Assembly (NCBI GenBank): GCA_021613535.1
Contig: CP075495.1
Coordinates: 13,516,001-13,580,000, forward strand
Direction of reading: 5' to 3'
DNA from: Adineta vaga
Taxonomy: Eukaryota > Animalia > Rotifera
Length of the DNA stretch: 64,000 nucleotides
Of this stretch, positions 37,001 to 50,006 are shown one piece after another. The notes under the pieces are model-generated. The model did not search any database. It saw only the letters and a list, made by a program, of their open reading frames with translations, and was not told the origin of the DNA. Numbering within the stretch: the first letter of the stretch is position 1; every line of letters begins with the position of its first letter. Position numbers and translations under genes: made by a program.

Positions 37001-37497
37001 GAAATTTCCTGTTGCTGTGATTGTGGACAGAAAGGAATGAGAAAACTGAAATTTCACTATACAACTGGTAGTGATAAAATGAAAGCTTAACAAAGTTTTT
37101 GTTGTTTGTTTTTCTGAAAAATAAATTAATATTACTAATGTTTTGTTTATGTTAGTTTTCTTCGTGATTTTTTTTCAACGTACATTTTTTTCTCGACTCT
37201 TTTTCTTTTGTGTTCTGTATGAAAAATGATGACGACATTACTTTTCTTTTTTCTTTTCTAGTAATGATAAATGATAGTCTGTCTACATTACTTACATTTG
37301 CAAATTCGATCACCCATGCAGTCAATAATTCAGGCTAGAAGAAAAGAAACCGAAGAAAAAGAAAGGAAATTATTTAGTGATAGAGAAAATCTATGCAATC
37401 ATATGAATACCTTTTCAAATATTGTACCAGTATTAGCTGTGATAAATAAATATCGAATATTTGAGTGATTCGAAAAAATAATGTTTTCGTTATTCAT
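34053..37497 (-). CDS. INPP5A: Type I inositol-1,4,5-trisphosphate 5-phosphatase with long C-terminal extension ending in CaaX
   Basis: LFITANTGTIFE, FIALHCQEVGGK, WSRKGF, VNVHLFHDASN, IFGDFNFRLD, RCPAWCDRIL, MGDHKPVYL; terminal exon ends HCIIL*. Confidence 0.9.
36604..37090 (+). CDS. Unknown 143-aa Cys-rich protein nested antisense in an INPP5A intron
   Basis: Two ORFs joined in phase 0 by a 55-nt GT-AG intron (36847-36901); motifs CFIDCKCQC and SCCCDCG. Confidence 0.55.
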
Positions 37498-39662
37498 TCT
37501 CGTCTATTGACGACAAAGAGATTAAGATTGTGATTGTCCATAACAATGTAGATTTGTAAATGTGGGTAGTTTTTCTTTTGTTTCAATTTATATATATATA
37601 TATATATCTAAAGCAAAAATGTCAATAGAATTTTAAGAAGTTATTGTTGATAGAATACAGTATATAGATATGAGAGACGATGTTTAATGAAAGAGATTTA
37701 TCATCTGACCTCGTTTTCTATAAAAGATAGATGAGAAGAGAAAAAACAGGAAATAAGTATATGAGACAGAACGAGAACAGGTGCGGATAATTAATCGATG
37801 ATATTAAGAAAGAGAGAAGAGGTCAGTTAACTTTCGAGAGATGGAAATATATAATGATTCCAAGAGAATCATCTCTGGTGGTAAAAGAAGAGAGATAGGA
37901 AGAGGGAAAAAACATTGTACATAAGAGAAAATGATTTTTACTCTGTTGTTAGTCAATATAAGAATAGTAGTGATGATGATGTGATGATAGATACTTGGGT
38001 ATTGCCGACATCACTGACGTTGTTATAGCTCGTTTTTTTCTCTCTTTGCTTTTTATTCTCTTAGTACAGTTGAATATGTAACAGAACACACACGCACACA
38101 TATATATAGAAGAAAAACGAGGCAAGTAAAAGAGCGAGTAAAAAAAGGAGTAAAGAAAGAAAGAAGAGAAAGGAAGGAAGGCATCGACGATGTTGCCCAT
38201 GACGTAGACAGGGTTCCTGCTCGTTTGACACACAACAACATCGTCCTGATACAACCATCGATTTTTTTCCTTTTTTTCCCTCTCGTTTCTCCACAGGATA
38301 GCACACTAAACATACATATATCACACAATTAAAACACTCTTTTGATTGCTGTTTATCGTTGGACTGAATGAAGGAATAAATATATCTTTATCCTCGCTTT
38401 CCATGTATAAATGTATGTTGTCGTTCTTTTTTCGACTCCTATTTTTCAAGTATACTCTACGATGTGGCCCTTGAGTGATTTTACAACAAAGAATACACAT
38501 ACATGATGACGTCAATTCGTTTACGAGAAACAACATTGCACAAAATTTCTTATACCTGAGTCTCTCTGTTTTCGTTTTACCTTTTTTTTTTCGAAAATGA
38601 GCGCATGTATATGTGTATGTAAAAACAAAAACAATAGTGACATAAATATAATTATTATTCTCCTAAGTCGAAGACGAGTACCAGATGGATCAAGAAAAGA
38701 AAATCAGATCGATTGAGACCGAACACCTGTTGTCATCATTGACTACATTGTTGCAGGAAAAAAATCAACGTACGTTATACGAGAATATTAATAAATCATA
38801 CAGATGGCAGTGGAAAAAAAATCAGTTATGATAAATAATCATTTGTTTTTCTATTAACTTGGAAATCGAATACGGAGAGAAGAAAGAAATTCTATTGAAA
38901 TGATTTACTCATTGCAACATTTGACAACGGAATAAAAGAAACCTCTCGCTTTAAATGTTTTCTCTTTTGACATACACATGTGGTGTTGTCTAAATAAAGA
39001 CATAGGATTTATTTTAGCTATTGACTTCTAATGATGCGATACAACAAGCAAAATATACTTTGCATGCTGTTGCCTATCGCACATAAACAACATGCCATTT
39101 TCTTATTCCCTAAACGATACTCGACTAATGCATTTTACTATGTTTTTTTTCTCCTGTTGAATCTATTAAAAAAGCATGAAGTACATGAAAGAGTAGATAT
39201 GATTAATAAAATTAACTCATGGGTCATATTGACTTAAAGTTTTTCCGACAAAAACAAAAACTCGTCCAATCAGATTCAATTTTCTTTTCACAGATTCCGT
39301 CGCAGATTGATGTATACATATGAAGAGATCATAATTGAATAATAATCGTATATGTATAAGGAAAAAAGTAATTAAAAGAAAACTACGAAAAAATATTTTT
39401 GAAAGACATCTGAAACACATTCTATCTTGTCATTTATAACTAACTATTATTATTGATGTTTTTCAGAATTGTTCTTGTTTTGAGTAAGAAGAAAGAAAAA
39501 CAGAAGAATTCTAAGTATATCACTGTTTCGATATTTTCAATCAGTAATAGAAATTTGTGTTTTTGTTTTTTTCTTTTCGTAAAATGAGAGACGAAAAAAA
39601 GAGAGATTATTTTATCATAAAAATTATCACAATAAGAAGACATTGAAAATTTTGTTTATCTT

Positions 39663-42600
39663 CTAACGATGAAATCGATTGACTAATAATTTTAATTGTC
39701 CTTTGGAATCTGCTGTAACCATGACATAAGCAGGTCCATTATTCGTTGTCGAAGATGAGATTGATGTTTCAATGGGACTTGGTGCGGCGTGGACACAGAT
39801 TAAACGTGTTCGATTCGTATTCGAAATTGGAGTTGTTAATGGAACAGAACGAGGTAGATTTGATAGGTGGTTATTCGAACGGTTTGAAAAAGAATTATTC
39901 TCAGTTGGTGATGATAAATTTGATGAATATAAATAATCCATAATAGCAGTCGAATTTGGAGCAAATATAGCTGATGTTACCATTGTATTATGAACTAAAG
40001 ATAATCATTTATATATATATATATTGAAAGATGTTTTATGTTTACCTCGTATACGTTCAAAGGCACGGTCAAAATGACGTCGTTGTTTTCGAGTTAATTT
40101 AGCATTGGTTGTACTATTTCCATTTGAATTTATTGTACTACTTGGTTCAGTTTTCCAAATATAAAACCAGCTATCTTCACTACCACTAGAAAAGAAAAAG
40201 AGAAATAAAAACAAAATAATTTGAAATCAATGTGAATTTACCTTATAATATATCGATCATCTGAACTAAATGATGCTCGAATTTGACTGGATTGATTGGA
40301 ATAACCACGATATTTGCGTTCAATTTCTTTGGTTCGAATATCATACAGACGTATACGAGAATCATTAGATGTAATAAGAACCTAAAATATATGTTCACAA
40401 AAAACAAATTTTTGATTGTTTTATTATTTTCATACTTTTGAATTATTCGAATTCATCGATTCGATGCCTGTGATTTTATAGGGTTTTCGTCGTTTTTTTC
40501 TCGAACGATGACTTCGACTGCCATCTTTTTCACCAATATCCATGACAGTCTAGATAGACATCTCTATAGAATCAAATCGAAAATCAATATTGAAATAGAT
40601 TTACATCATATTGTAAAGAATCTGTGTAGAGTAAAAATCGACCATCGAATGTTCCGACGGTTACTTTTCGACCATCTTCACAAAAATTCACAGCAGTAAT
40701 GAGATTTGCTTGAGCAGCTGTTATTTGTGATGATGCTTGAGCGGGTATTAATGTCCAATGTACGACACGTTTATCAGGAATATTCCAAAGACGAACATGT
40801 CTAAAATAATTGATAAAAACAAGAATTTATTTTAAAAAATGATTTTTCGAAAATATTTATATCATTATCCGAGCAGAAAGCACTGGGTTTAAATACTCTC
40901 ATTAATATGAGCATGGAATGTGTTTATTTTTTAATCAGAAGCATTGATGTTCGTTGTACTACCTTTGTAATTCCTTCAATTAATTGCTTATAGATTGTAT
41001 TAGATCTCAAAAGATATCGAAGAGAGATACAGATTTGGCTGCATTAGATAAAATGAATGATTGAACAAAAAATAAATCTCGAATTAATTTTTAACTTACC
41101 CATCTAAACTAGCTGAAACAAAATATCGATCATCACGTGGATGAAAGGCAATGGCTGAGACAAAATCCACATGTCGAAAAAAACATAAACATTCGGATCG
41201 ACTTAAATGCCATAATCGTACAGTTTTATCCATAGATGATGAAAGAATAAATAAGGATTTTGACCAAGCAACATCTAAAACCGGTGCTTGATGTCCAACA
41301 AGTTCACAAAATGGTCGTGCATAAAGTGGAGCTTGCATTTCATTAAGGCCAAGTTTGGTATTAATCGTTGATGTAAACTGTTCTGATGAGACTGTTTGAT
41401 GAAATTCATGAAATTTTTTTGTTAAAGTTTCATTGTGTTGTTTCGATGGATCGGCTGTTGTACGAGCAAATTCACCAAAATATGGTTGAGCAGATTTTAA
41501 TACCCAAACTTTAATTAAAGTATCTTGGCCACCTGTAGCCAAAAGATGACCATCCGGTGAAAATCTATAGATTCATAAAGAGTTTTGCAATAAGAATTTC
41601 TCTCATAGATTTTATTTCGTACCTCATACACCAGATCGGTCCATGATGAGCATTGACAATCGTTTGTAATAATTGTGTTCGATCAAATTGAGGTTGTTCT
41701 TTTAAATTTCTTGATGCTTTATATTTTAAATCACCATTTGAACCATCATTTATCAGTAATCTTTCACTATCTTCTTCTTCTTCATCAATATCATGTATAT
41801 AGTTATGTGCTAATTTTTTTCCGCTCTTACGTAAGAAACTTCGATTCATCAATCGTGATATTTGTCGTTTACCACCGTGAAATAATGATGATGCTGCACG
41901 TACAGCTGTTAATGATGATTTATTTACTGTTGAAGATGATGACGATGAAATTGGGGCGGTATGACTGGATTTTGTACTTGAAGATTCTGATGATGTTGAT
42001 TCATTATCATCATCATCATCCTCGTCATCATCATCTTCTTCTTCTTCGCCATTTGATTGATGTCTTTGACGAATAGGATTTAGATCTATATTATTTCCAC
42101 CATTAATATTATTATTTTCCGAAGAATTTCGTCGAAGATTTGTATTATTCGACGTATTTAACAATGAACTTTGACGTAAAGTCAAAACACTTCCACTACC
42201 ATGAACACGTTCGAGAATTGTTCGCGTCATTGGATTAGCATCACTGATAGGAATATATTTTCCATTATCTAGATTATGTAAAATCGATTGACGAAGATTA
42301 TCATTGTCATTATTTGTATTCGTTATTTTTCGATTATTTGTTGTTAATTCTTCGAATTTATTTAGACGATCAATAAGATTTAAATCAACAATATTTGGTT
42401 CACTTATGGCAGATAAATTTGTTATTTTGGAATAATAATCACCGGTACTACGTGTGGTAGATATAACAGGTAAAGTAGGATATGGTAATGAACGTTGTTG
42501 TTGATAGGATGATATGCTAGGTGATAAATTGGTTAGAATTTCTTTTGGTGTTGATGAAACGGATGGCTATACACAAAAGAAAGAATTTAGAATGAAGTTT

Positions 42601-43533
42601 TCAAAAAGTTAAAAGAAAATCGACAAAATAATTTATTTATCATCGTTCTTCTATTTTTTTTTTCTACGCAGTAGTTAATTTATATAAGTAGATTGATTAA
42701 AAATGACTTGAATATTGTTCAAAGTCAGAAAGAAAACAGACAATAGATGGAAAATCATGTGTTCTTTTAATAGAGCAAATACATGATCTTATTTATGTCT
42801 CCTGAATCATTGAACACATGAGAGAAGTGTCATTTGAGAAATGAACAAAAGTCTACATACTTTCTTTTGTCGACGTATTTGTTCACTATCAATATGATCA
42901 CGTAAAAGATCTGGTGCTGTTGATGAATTATCATGAATAACTTGTTCTTCATCAATTTGAATCGATGATAATAAAGAATTCGATTCGATGGGCGATGTTA
43001 TTGGTGTAATTATTTGATTTTGATTTGTTCGATTAAAATGATCTTCTTGCGCACGTAATCGTCGAAGTTTATCACGTCGTGCAATATCATGTAACTGACA
43101 TTCAGTCAATGGAATTGTACAAAAATGTTCCTAATTCAATACAAAAAAAACAATAGTTTTAGTTAACATATGTTCTTTGTTGTTTATGATTACATACAGG
43201 TTTATTTGATGAATCATTTTTTGATAATAATGCCCAGCGAGGATCTTGTTGAAGAGGTCTACTATAAATAACAAAGAATCAATATTATTGTTATTAATGG
43301 TAAAATTTTCTATATCGTATTAAACAAATATTAACAGATGAATAAATTATTCATGAAAAAAACAATGTTCTACTGCACTGCTCGTCAATACTATATGCTT
43401 TGTGTTTCAAAAAAAATATGATTTATATCATGAAATAATTCTTTGATATTTACCTTGTTACTTCAATATCAGTCCAGCTACTATTAGCATCATAGAAAAT
43501 TGTTTCGTCATCATTTTCACTAGATGATGCCAT
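39663..43533 (-). CDS. WDR44: WD repeat-containing protein 44 (Rab11 effector)
   Basis: N-terminal FFAT-like DDETIFYDAN; HHGPIWCMRFSPDGHLLATGGQD, GHQAPVLDVAWSK..LSSSMDKTVRLWH, HVDFVSAIAFHPRDDRYFVSASLDG, VLITSNDSRIRLYD, SQIRASFS..IISGSED. Confidence 0.92.
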
Positions 43534-43568
43534 TTATATTAACCATCTAAAACAAAACAAAAAATGTT

Positions 43569-44774
43569 TTAAAGTTCATTAACATGATTTTGCATCGTAT
43601 CAAATAATTCTTCATTTTTTTTAAAAAAAATTTCCGTTACTTCTGACATTGTATGATCACCTAAGACATACAATGTCATGGGTGTTAATGACGATGTAAA
43701 TTCTTCTTCAATTGCTTGTTTAATCTTATCCGTATCGAAAAGTTCTTCAAGAGAATTTTCTTCATCAATATTTGACCATTGACGTATTTCAGCTAGTTGT
43801 TCAATTTCATTTCCATTTGGTTCATCGTATTTTTCTAGAAAAAATTCATGACTATGTTCGGTTTTACATTCAAGTTGATGATGAAAATATTCGTCGATTA
43901 AATCATTTAATTGTTCTACGGTTTGAAATTTATGAAAGAACTTTTGTCGATCATCTTGTTCATCATATTCATTTTCTGTTTCATAGACGAATATATGTTT
44001 TTTATCTTGAAAATAAAGTATTTCAAATGGTATAGAAGAATTGGAATCACAGATAATAACACGAGCATGTTCAATTAATTTCAATGTACTTAAGTGATTG
44101 TTTCGAAGAACATTTTTCGATTGATTTAATTTTTCGACTTGTTCTTTTTCTAAATCGGTTAATGATAAAAATGGATGTCGATCTGTTTCCAATGCTAATG
44201 GATGTAATTTAATAGCATGAGACGATTTTAATGTTAAGAGATATTGAATAATATCAGGATTGGAAAGAAAACTAAATGGTGCACCTTGAAATGAATAACT
44301 TGGACAAATGAGAATTTCAAAATCTTTTTCCATTGTTATTTGATTATCTTTTGTTCGAATATAATTCGTAAATGTTATTGGTAAACAATGTGTATAAGCA
44401 TAGGCACAACTTTGACAACCGTACATGCAATGACCAATTGGATAAACATCAATAATCGATGGAATGTATTGTTGTAAAAGACGAAATAGACGAAGTTGTA
44501 ATTGTCCAAATAAATAATTTGTCGATGCTGTTAGGAGAAAAACAACTTTTCGATGTTTTTCATTGTTTATTTGAAGCAAAAGATTATTTAGAGTAAATTC
44601 ATGACAGTAGATTTGATTTTCATTTGAAAAATATTCTGTAACACGTTGACGTGCTGGGTTCCATTTATAAATAAATAAATGAACATCTGTATATGATGCA
44701 AATGAATGAATTAATTCAGCATGAGCATAACCAGTATGATATGGAACAAAAAATGTCACTTTAGCTTTCGACAT
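43569..44774 (-). CDS. Intronless GT-B-fold protein resembling the CDP-glycerol:poly(glycerophosphate) glycerophosphotransferase (TagF/TagB) family
   Basis: 401-aa open frame from MSKAKV with ILICPSYS, HAIKLHPL and LIEHARVIICDSNSSIPFEILY, matching in order the TagF-type ILYAPT.., KLHP and LITDYSS..FE motifs. Confidence 0.65.
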   Translation of the reverse strand: MSKAKVTFFVPYHTGYAHAELIHSFASYTDVHLFIYKWNPARQRVTEYFSNENQIYCHEFTLNNLLLQINNEKHRKVVFLLTASTNYLFGQLQLRLFRLLQQYIPSIIDVYPIGHCMYGCQSCAYAYTHCLPITFTNYIRTKDNQITMEKDFEILICPSYSFQGAPFSFLSNPDIIQYLLTLKSSHAIKLHPLALETDRHPFLSLTDLEKEQVEKLNQSKNVLRNNHLSTLKLIEHARVIICDSNSSIPFEILYFQDKKHIFVYETENEYDEQDDRQKFFHKFQTVEQLNDLIDEYFHHQLECKTEHSHEFFLEKYDEPNGNEIEQLAEIRQWSNIDEENSLEELFDTDKIKQAIEEEFTSSLTPMTLYVLGDHTMSEVTEIFFKKNEELFDTMQNHVNEL

Positions 44775-46245
44775 GATGAAAATAGAAGAGAGAAAAAATA
44801 AACAAATCAATTCGGTTCTTAAAGTCCAATGCTTAATTTAATGCCAAGCACTAAACTGAGAAAACAAATTGTAGTAAGTAAAGTAAAGAAGACCGATAAA
44901 TCTGGATTGGATAATTCAGTAGATTGATTTTCGATCTTACAACAGATGTCACTGTATATTAGTCGAGAGAGTCAAAAGAAGAATTACTTATATTATATCT
45001 GAGCGAATAGTTCTCTGGATTCTCAATATAACATTATCGTAGCAAATGAAATAATTATCGATGATTACTTTATAGATTGTAACGTTAGTATAGACAAAAA
45101 ACCTGGGGGGTTTGTTTGTTATTTCTAATATGACATGAGTAATTCGATACAAATAGTAATGCATTGAATATATTAATGTAATGTTGAGTATGCATCATGT
45201 AGGACGATTTTTTGTGTAGAATTTATGATTTCATGTTTGAATGTCATGCAAATTCTATGCGTGAATCGAGCAGTAGGAAATCGACTAATCTTTCCAATCA
45301 GTTGTCTGTATCGACGCATATGTAGATATTTTTGTTGTGATAGTCTTCATAAATTATTCTATATTGTATAAACTAATCAAATAATGTATTTTATCAATAG
45401 AACTTGAGACTATAAATCGACGATTCTGAATTATACTTGTTATAGTGTACTCATCCAAGAATATTTTCTTCTAACTATTATGTCCTTTTCCCTATACGTA
45501 GATTGACAACGCTGTTATCTGATGACAGTAATGTTGATGTGTTGATATTATAAACGTATATTGATTGATCTATATCTAACAATAGAATAAAGATATTGAC
45601 TATCTTCTAACGAAGTGAAACAACACTAACACTATAGGTCTTGTCAACGCTGTGCATTTGTAATGAAACTATTTTCTACAAAATTCTTCGTATTATTTTG
45701 TTGGTATAAAGAAATAAATTTACCACTTAAACATAGTATTTCATATCCTGATCAATGTTGCTCGATAATGGATGTCATCGAATGAATTGACATAGTCATC
45801 TGTGCATTGCCAAAATAGATACAAAATTTGATAGGTGACAATATAAATGCGAATATAATTGACACAATATACTCGTGCTATGATTGATAGATAGATAGCA
45901 TCTATGTAATGAAAGCAAAGGATTAATGTCTTTCAATAGTGAAATCAAAATGGAAGAAGAATACAATACGATTCAATAATATGATAAATCATTAATATTC
46001 AAGAATGCGAATTGTAAAAATCAATATTTTAATGTTCAATGAACTTTTTTCTTATAGACTTTATTGTTGTCAGAACGTATGCAGTATATGCTTAAAGAAT
46101 GACAAAAGAAAGATAGCAGAAAACTAGCTACATCAGAAATAAAATAATGAAACAAAGAATAGTTAAATTAAAATGATTGCGTATGTTCTAGGAATGTTTA
46201 GATTTCTTGATTAATAAGTTGAAAATTAAATATCGACTACTACAA

Positions 46246-49200
46246 TTATTTTTGTTGTTTTAAAAATTCTTCAATTGCTTTGGAATCTCGTTTGAGAACT
46301 TCCGAACGCATATGAATAGTTTCAAGTACTTTCTTGACTGGTCGTGCAACAATTGGTGTATTAACTGAATCAAAGAATGTTTTGATTTCACTAGCAATCT
46401 TTTCATCAGCAAAATCAGATAAACCGTACTAAATTTGAAAAAAAGAAAAATATTAAATAAACAATTGCTAATTTCATTTTTTCTTACTTCGACGAAAGCA
46501 ATGAGAAAGTTACTCTTCTCACCAAAACGTTCGATAAGTGTTTTCCAATTTTCTTGTAAAAATTTCCAAACTAAATCGCGACCATCACGACTTGATGTAC
46601 AACCGACAAGACCAGAAATTGAATCTTGCATACGAACATTATCCTAGCAAAGAAATCTTTGAAATTATTACTCAACAACAAAAAGATTCGATTTCTTACG
46701 CCTTCAAAGATAAATTTCAATGTATTTTCAATGATTTTAGGTTTTATTGCTTGACCCATTGCACGAAGTAATCGAACTTTTTCTTCTGTCATATCTGCTG
46801 CTGTAAATAACTAAATGAAAGAGAATTTATTAAATGAAAATAGAAAGTATTTTATCCATACTTTACGAAGTTCTTCTTGTGTACTTTCATCTCCATAACG
46901 TGATACAATTGCATAGACAGCTCCACGAATATTTGGATCAATTAAATCACCATCAATATGACGTTGAAATCGTTTTTTAGCTTCATTGATAACATCTTGA
47001 TCACCAGATTTACCAACAATACTTAAAATCATTGGACGTAACATAGCTGAAAGTGGATCTTCAGTTGATTTTGTATCCCAACCAAGTTTCTTTTGAATAG
47101 ATGAAAAAAGATTTAAACGATATCGTTTAAATTCATCAAAATAATTCGTATATTCAAGTAAAGATGAAAGATCACCGATATTTGATGCTGAAATTAAACC
47201 AGAGAAGATTTTCTTTCTTCCGAAGAATCCATTTCAATCTTCTTACCAATAGATTTCCAAACAGTAAAATTATCTTCATCTTTAAACGACGGTAAGAGGT
47301 TCAAATAATCAACAAATGATTGATGACCAGCATTACATAAAGCAGCAACATCATTTTGGATCATTAGACGATCTTGTGGACTAATTGATTTACTTGCAAT
47401 TGGTTCATTAAGACGTGCTAATGTTTTCGATTCATATTTCACACGATAGAGACCGATGGAATTAAAATTAAATTTAATCCAATCATCTTCAGGAACATTA
47501 TCCAATGTTATTGTTATTTCAGGTTTATCCATTAATATTTGTTGTGCAATCTTTTTTGGATTTGATTTTGTAAAAACAGTGATTGGAATTTTCCATTGGA
47601 GATTTTCAACATCAGCAGTACCATCAGCAATAAAACGTTGTTGTTTGATTTTAAGAACACGTTTCTTATCGGATTGTTCTTCGGTGACTGTTAAAAGTGG
47701 ATAACCCTAGAGAGTAAAAGAAAATATATATCATTGAAAAATTTCTTTCATTTATTAATCTACCATTTGAAGTGTCCATGATGACATGACTTCATTCACT
47801 GGTTTATTTGATGCTTTAGCTAAATGTGACCAGAGATTTTCAGTCACTGTATTTTTATAACTGTATTCAGTTAAATAATTATGAAGACCTTTACGAAAAG
47901 CATCATCACCAATATAATCATGTAACATGCGAATAACCGATGAACCTTTGGAATAAGAAATAGCATCAAATATTTCATCAATTTCAGCTGGATGACCTAT
48001 ATAAGTACATATAAAAATGAGAAAAAGATTTATAGAAATCAAATATTCAACTAACCAATTGGTACTTCAATAGGATGTGATGATTTTAATGCATCTGGTA
48101 CAAGAAATCGTGCAAATGTATCGGCAACGAATTGTGTCCATATATCAAATTCAGGAAAACATTTATCAACAGCTAAATATTCGATCCATGTTGCAAATCC
48201 TTCATTAAGCCCTTCAAGAAAAGACAAAAAATTTGTTTATCAATCCGATCGATACAAAATACATTTCTCATTTTACATAAATCAGTCCACCAATCCATTG
48301 TCTAAGAAAAGAAATTCATAAAATACAATCTAATCGATTCTTATCGAAATACATACAACTAAATTTCCAAACCATTGATGTGCAAGTTCATGAGCAACAA
48401 CAATAGCTACACGTTGTCGTGTATCCATGGATGAAAACTTTGGATCAATCAAAAGTGCTGTTTCACGATATGTAATTAACTATGGATAACATCGAATTAA
48501 AAGTATCAAGAAAAATCGAAATAGATTAACTTACACCCCAATTTTCCATGGCACTAAAACAATTTCAAAGAAGATATTTTCTTTATTTGATTTGAAAAGA
48601 TTCTCTTACCCCATAGCAAAATCTGCAATAGCAATTTGATCAGCTTTAGCAATGGGATATTTGATATTGAAATAATCAGCATAAAATGGCAGAATTTTAG
48701 CTCCAGTCTAAAAGAAATATTTCGTTAGAAAAATGAAGTCATAAATTCGATTGAAAATCTTACATCCAATGCAAATTGTCCATGTTCTTTCTTTCCAACA
48801 GGTGTATAAACTTTCATACTAACACCATTTGAATCTTTTGTTTCGACATAATCGTATTCTCCGACAACAAAAGCCACAAGATATGTACTCATGATTGGTG
48901 TACGATCAAATGCTGTTACTTTCCATTCTTTATCTTCAGCATATTCATTTTCCGATTTAACCGGCTAAAAACAAAATGAAAAAACAAATAATTCAAATCA
49001 TTCCTCACCAATTTACTTACCATATTAGAAATAGCACAAAGATTTTTTGGTGTTATTAATGTAATATCAAATGTAGCTTTGAAATTTGGTTCATCCCAAC
49101 ATGGAAATGCTTGACGACAATCAGCAGGCTACAAAAGAATATAAAGATGTATCACAATTAGAAATGTAGAATAATAACTTACTTCAAATTGTGTACTAGC

Positions 49201-50006
49201 TCCATAACGAACTTCATTTCCATCAGGTGTCGTATATTTTGTACGATAGAAACCACGCATACGATTATTAATTTCACCAACAAATTTTAAAAATAACTGG
49301 TATTCACCTTTCTATTCAAAGAATTTCAATTGATAGAATCATATTTATCAAAAGAATTCATTTACTTCAAGTTGCTTCTCGAAATTAACCGTTATACGTT
49401 CACCTTCCTTATCAAATTCAATTGTACCTTTTTGTTCATCTATAGAAAACAAAGATACACAATATTTTATATACAAGTTCAATCCTTGGAAAGAATACTT
49501 ACCATTTGAATGTGATTTGACTTTTGCCTGATCAACTTCTAATTCATTTGCATAAAGTACAACTTTATTTGTTGGTTCTTTAATCTAATCAAAAGAGAGA
49601 TAATTCTAACCATAAAACAAACAATACAAAACGAACTTTTAAATGAATATTGACATCACCATTGAATTTAAATTTATCCAAATGTGGTTGTATAGTTAAA
49701 TCATAATGTGTTGGTACAATTGTTTGGGGTAAACGTTCGAATAATGGTTTAGTTTCTTGAGTATTTTGACCAGTCATATTTAATCTAGAACAAAAGAAAA
49801 GAATTTTATATTCATTTAAGAAAATATTCTGTTGTTTTTAATTGAATCATTTTAAAATTTTTACTGATAACCTACTTAATTTGTGTACTATGAAAACGTT
49901 TGGTCTTGTTGGTAAGACGAAGGTTAGAAGAATTAGATGATAATTCGACGAAATTTATGCGGATGACACGAAGTATTATTTGACTAGGTTTGATGAATGT
50001 ATTCAT
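46246..50006 (-). CDS. NPEPPS: Puromycin-sensitive aminopeptidase (M1 family)
   Basis: [69 protein letters not shown]; many short introns; an upstream exon (ATG 50006) splices in frame onto the second Met at 49777. Confidence 0.95.

Noticed and set aside
37949-38536. Overlapping hydrophobic minus-strand ORFs in three frames
   Set aside because: Low-complexity purine/pyrimidine-skewed sequence, most likely INPP5A 5' UTR/promoter.
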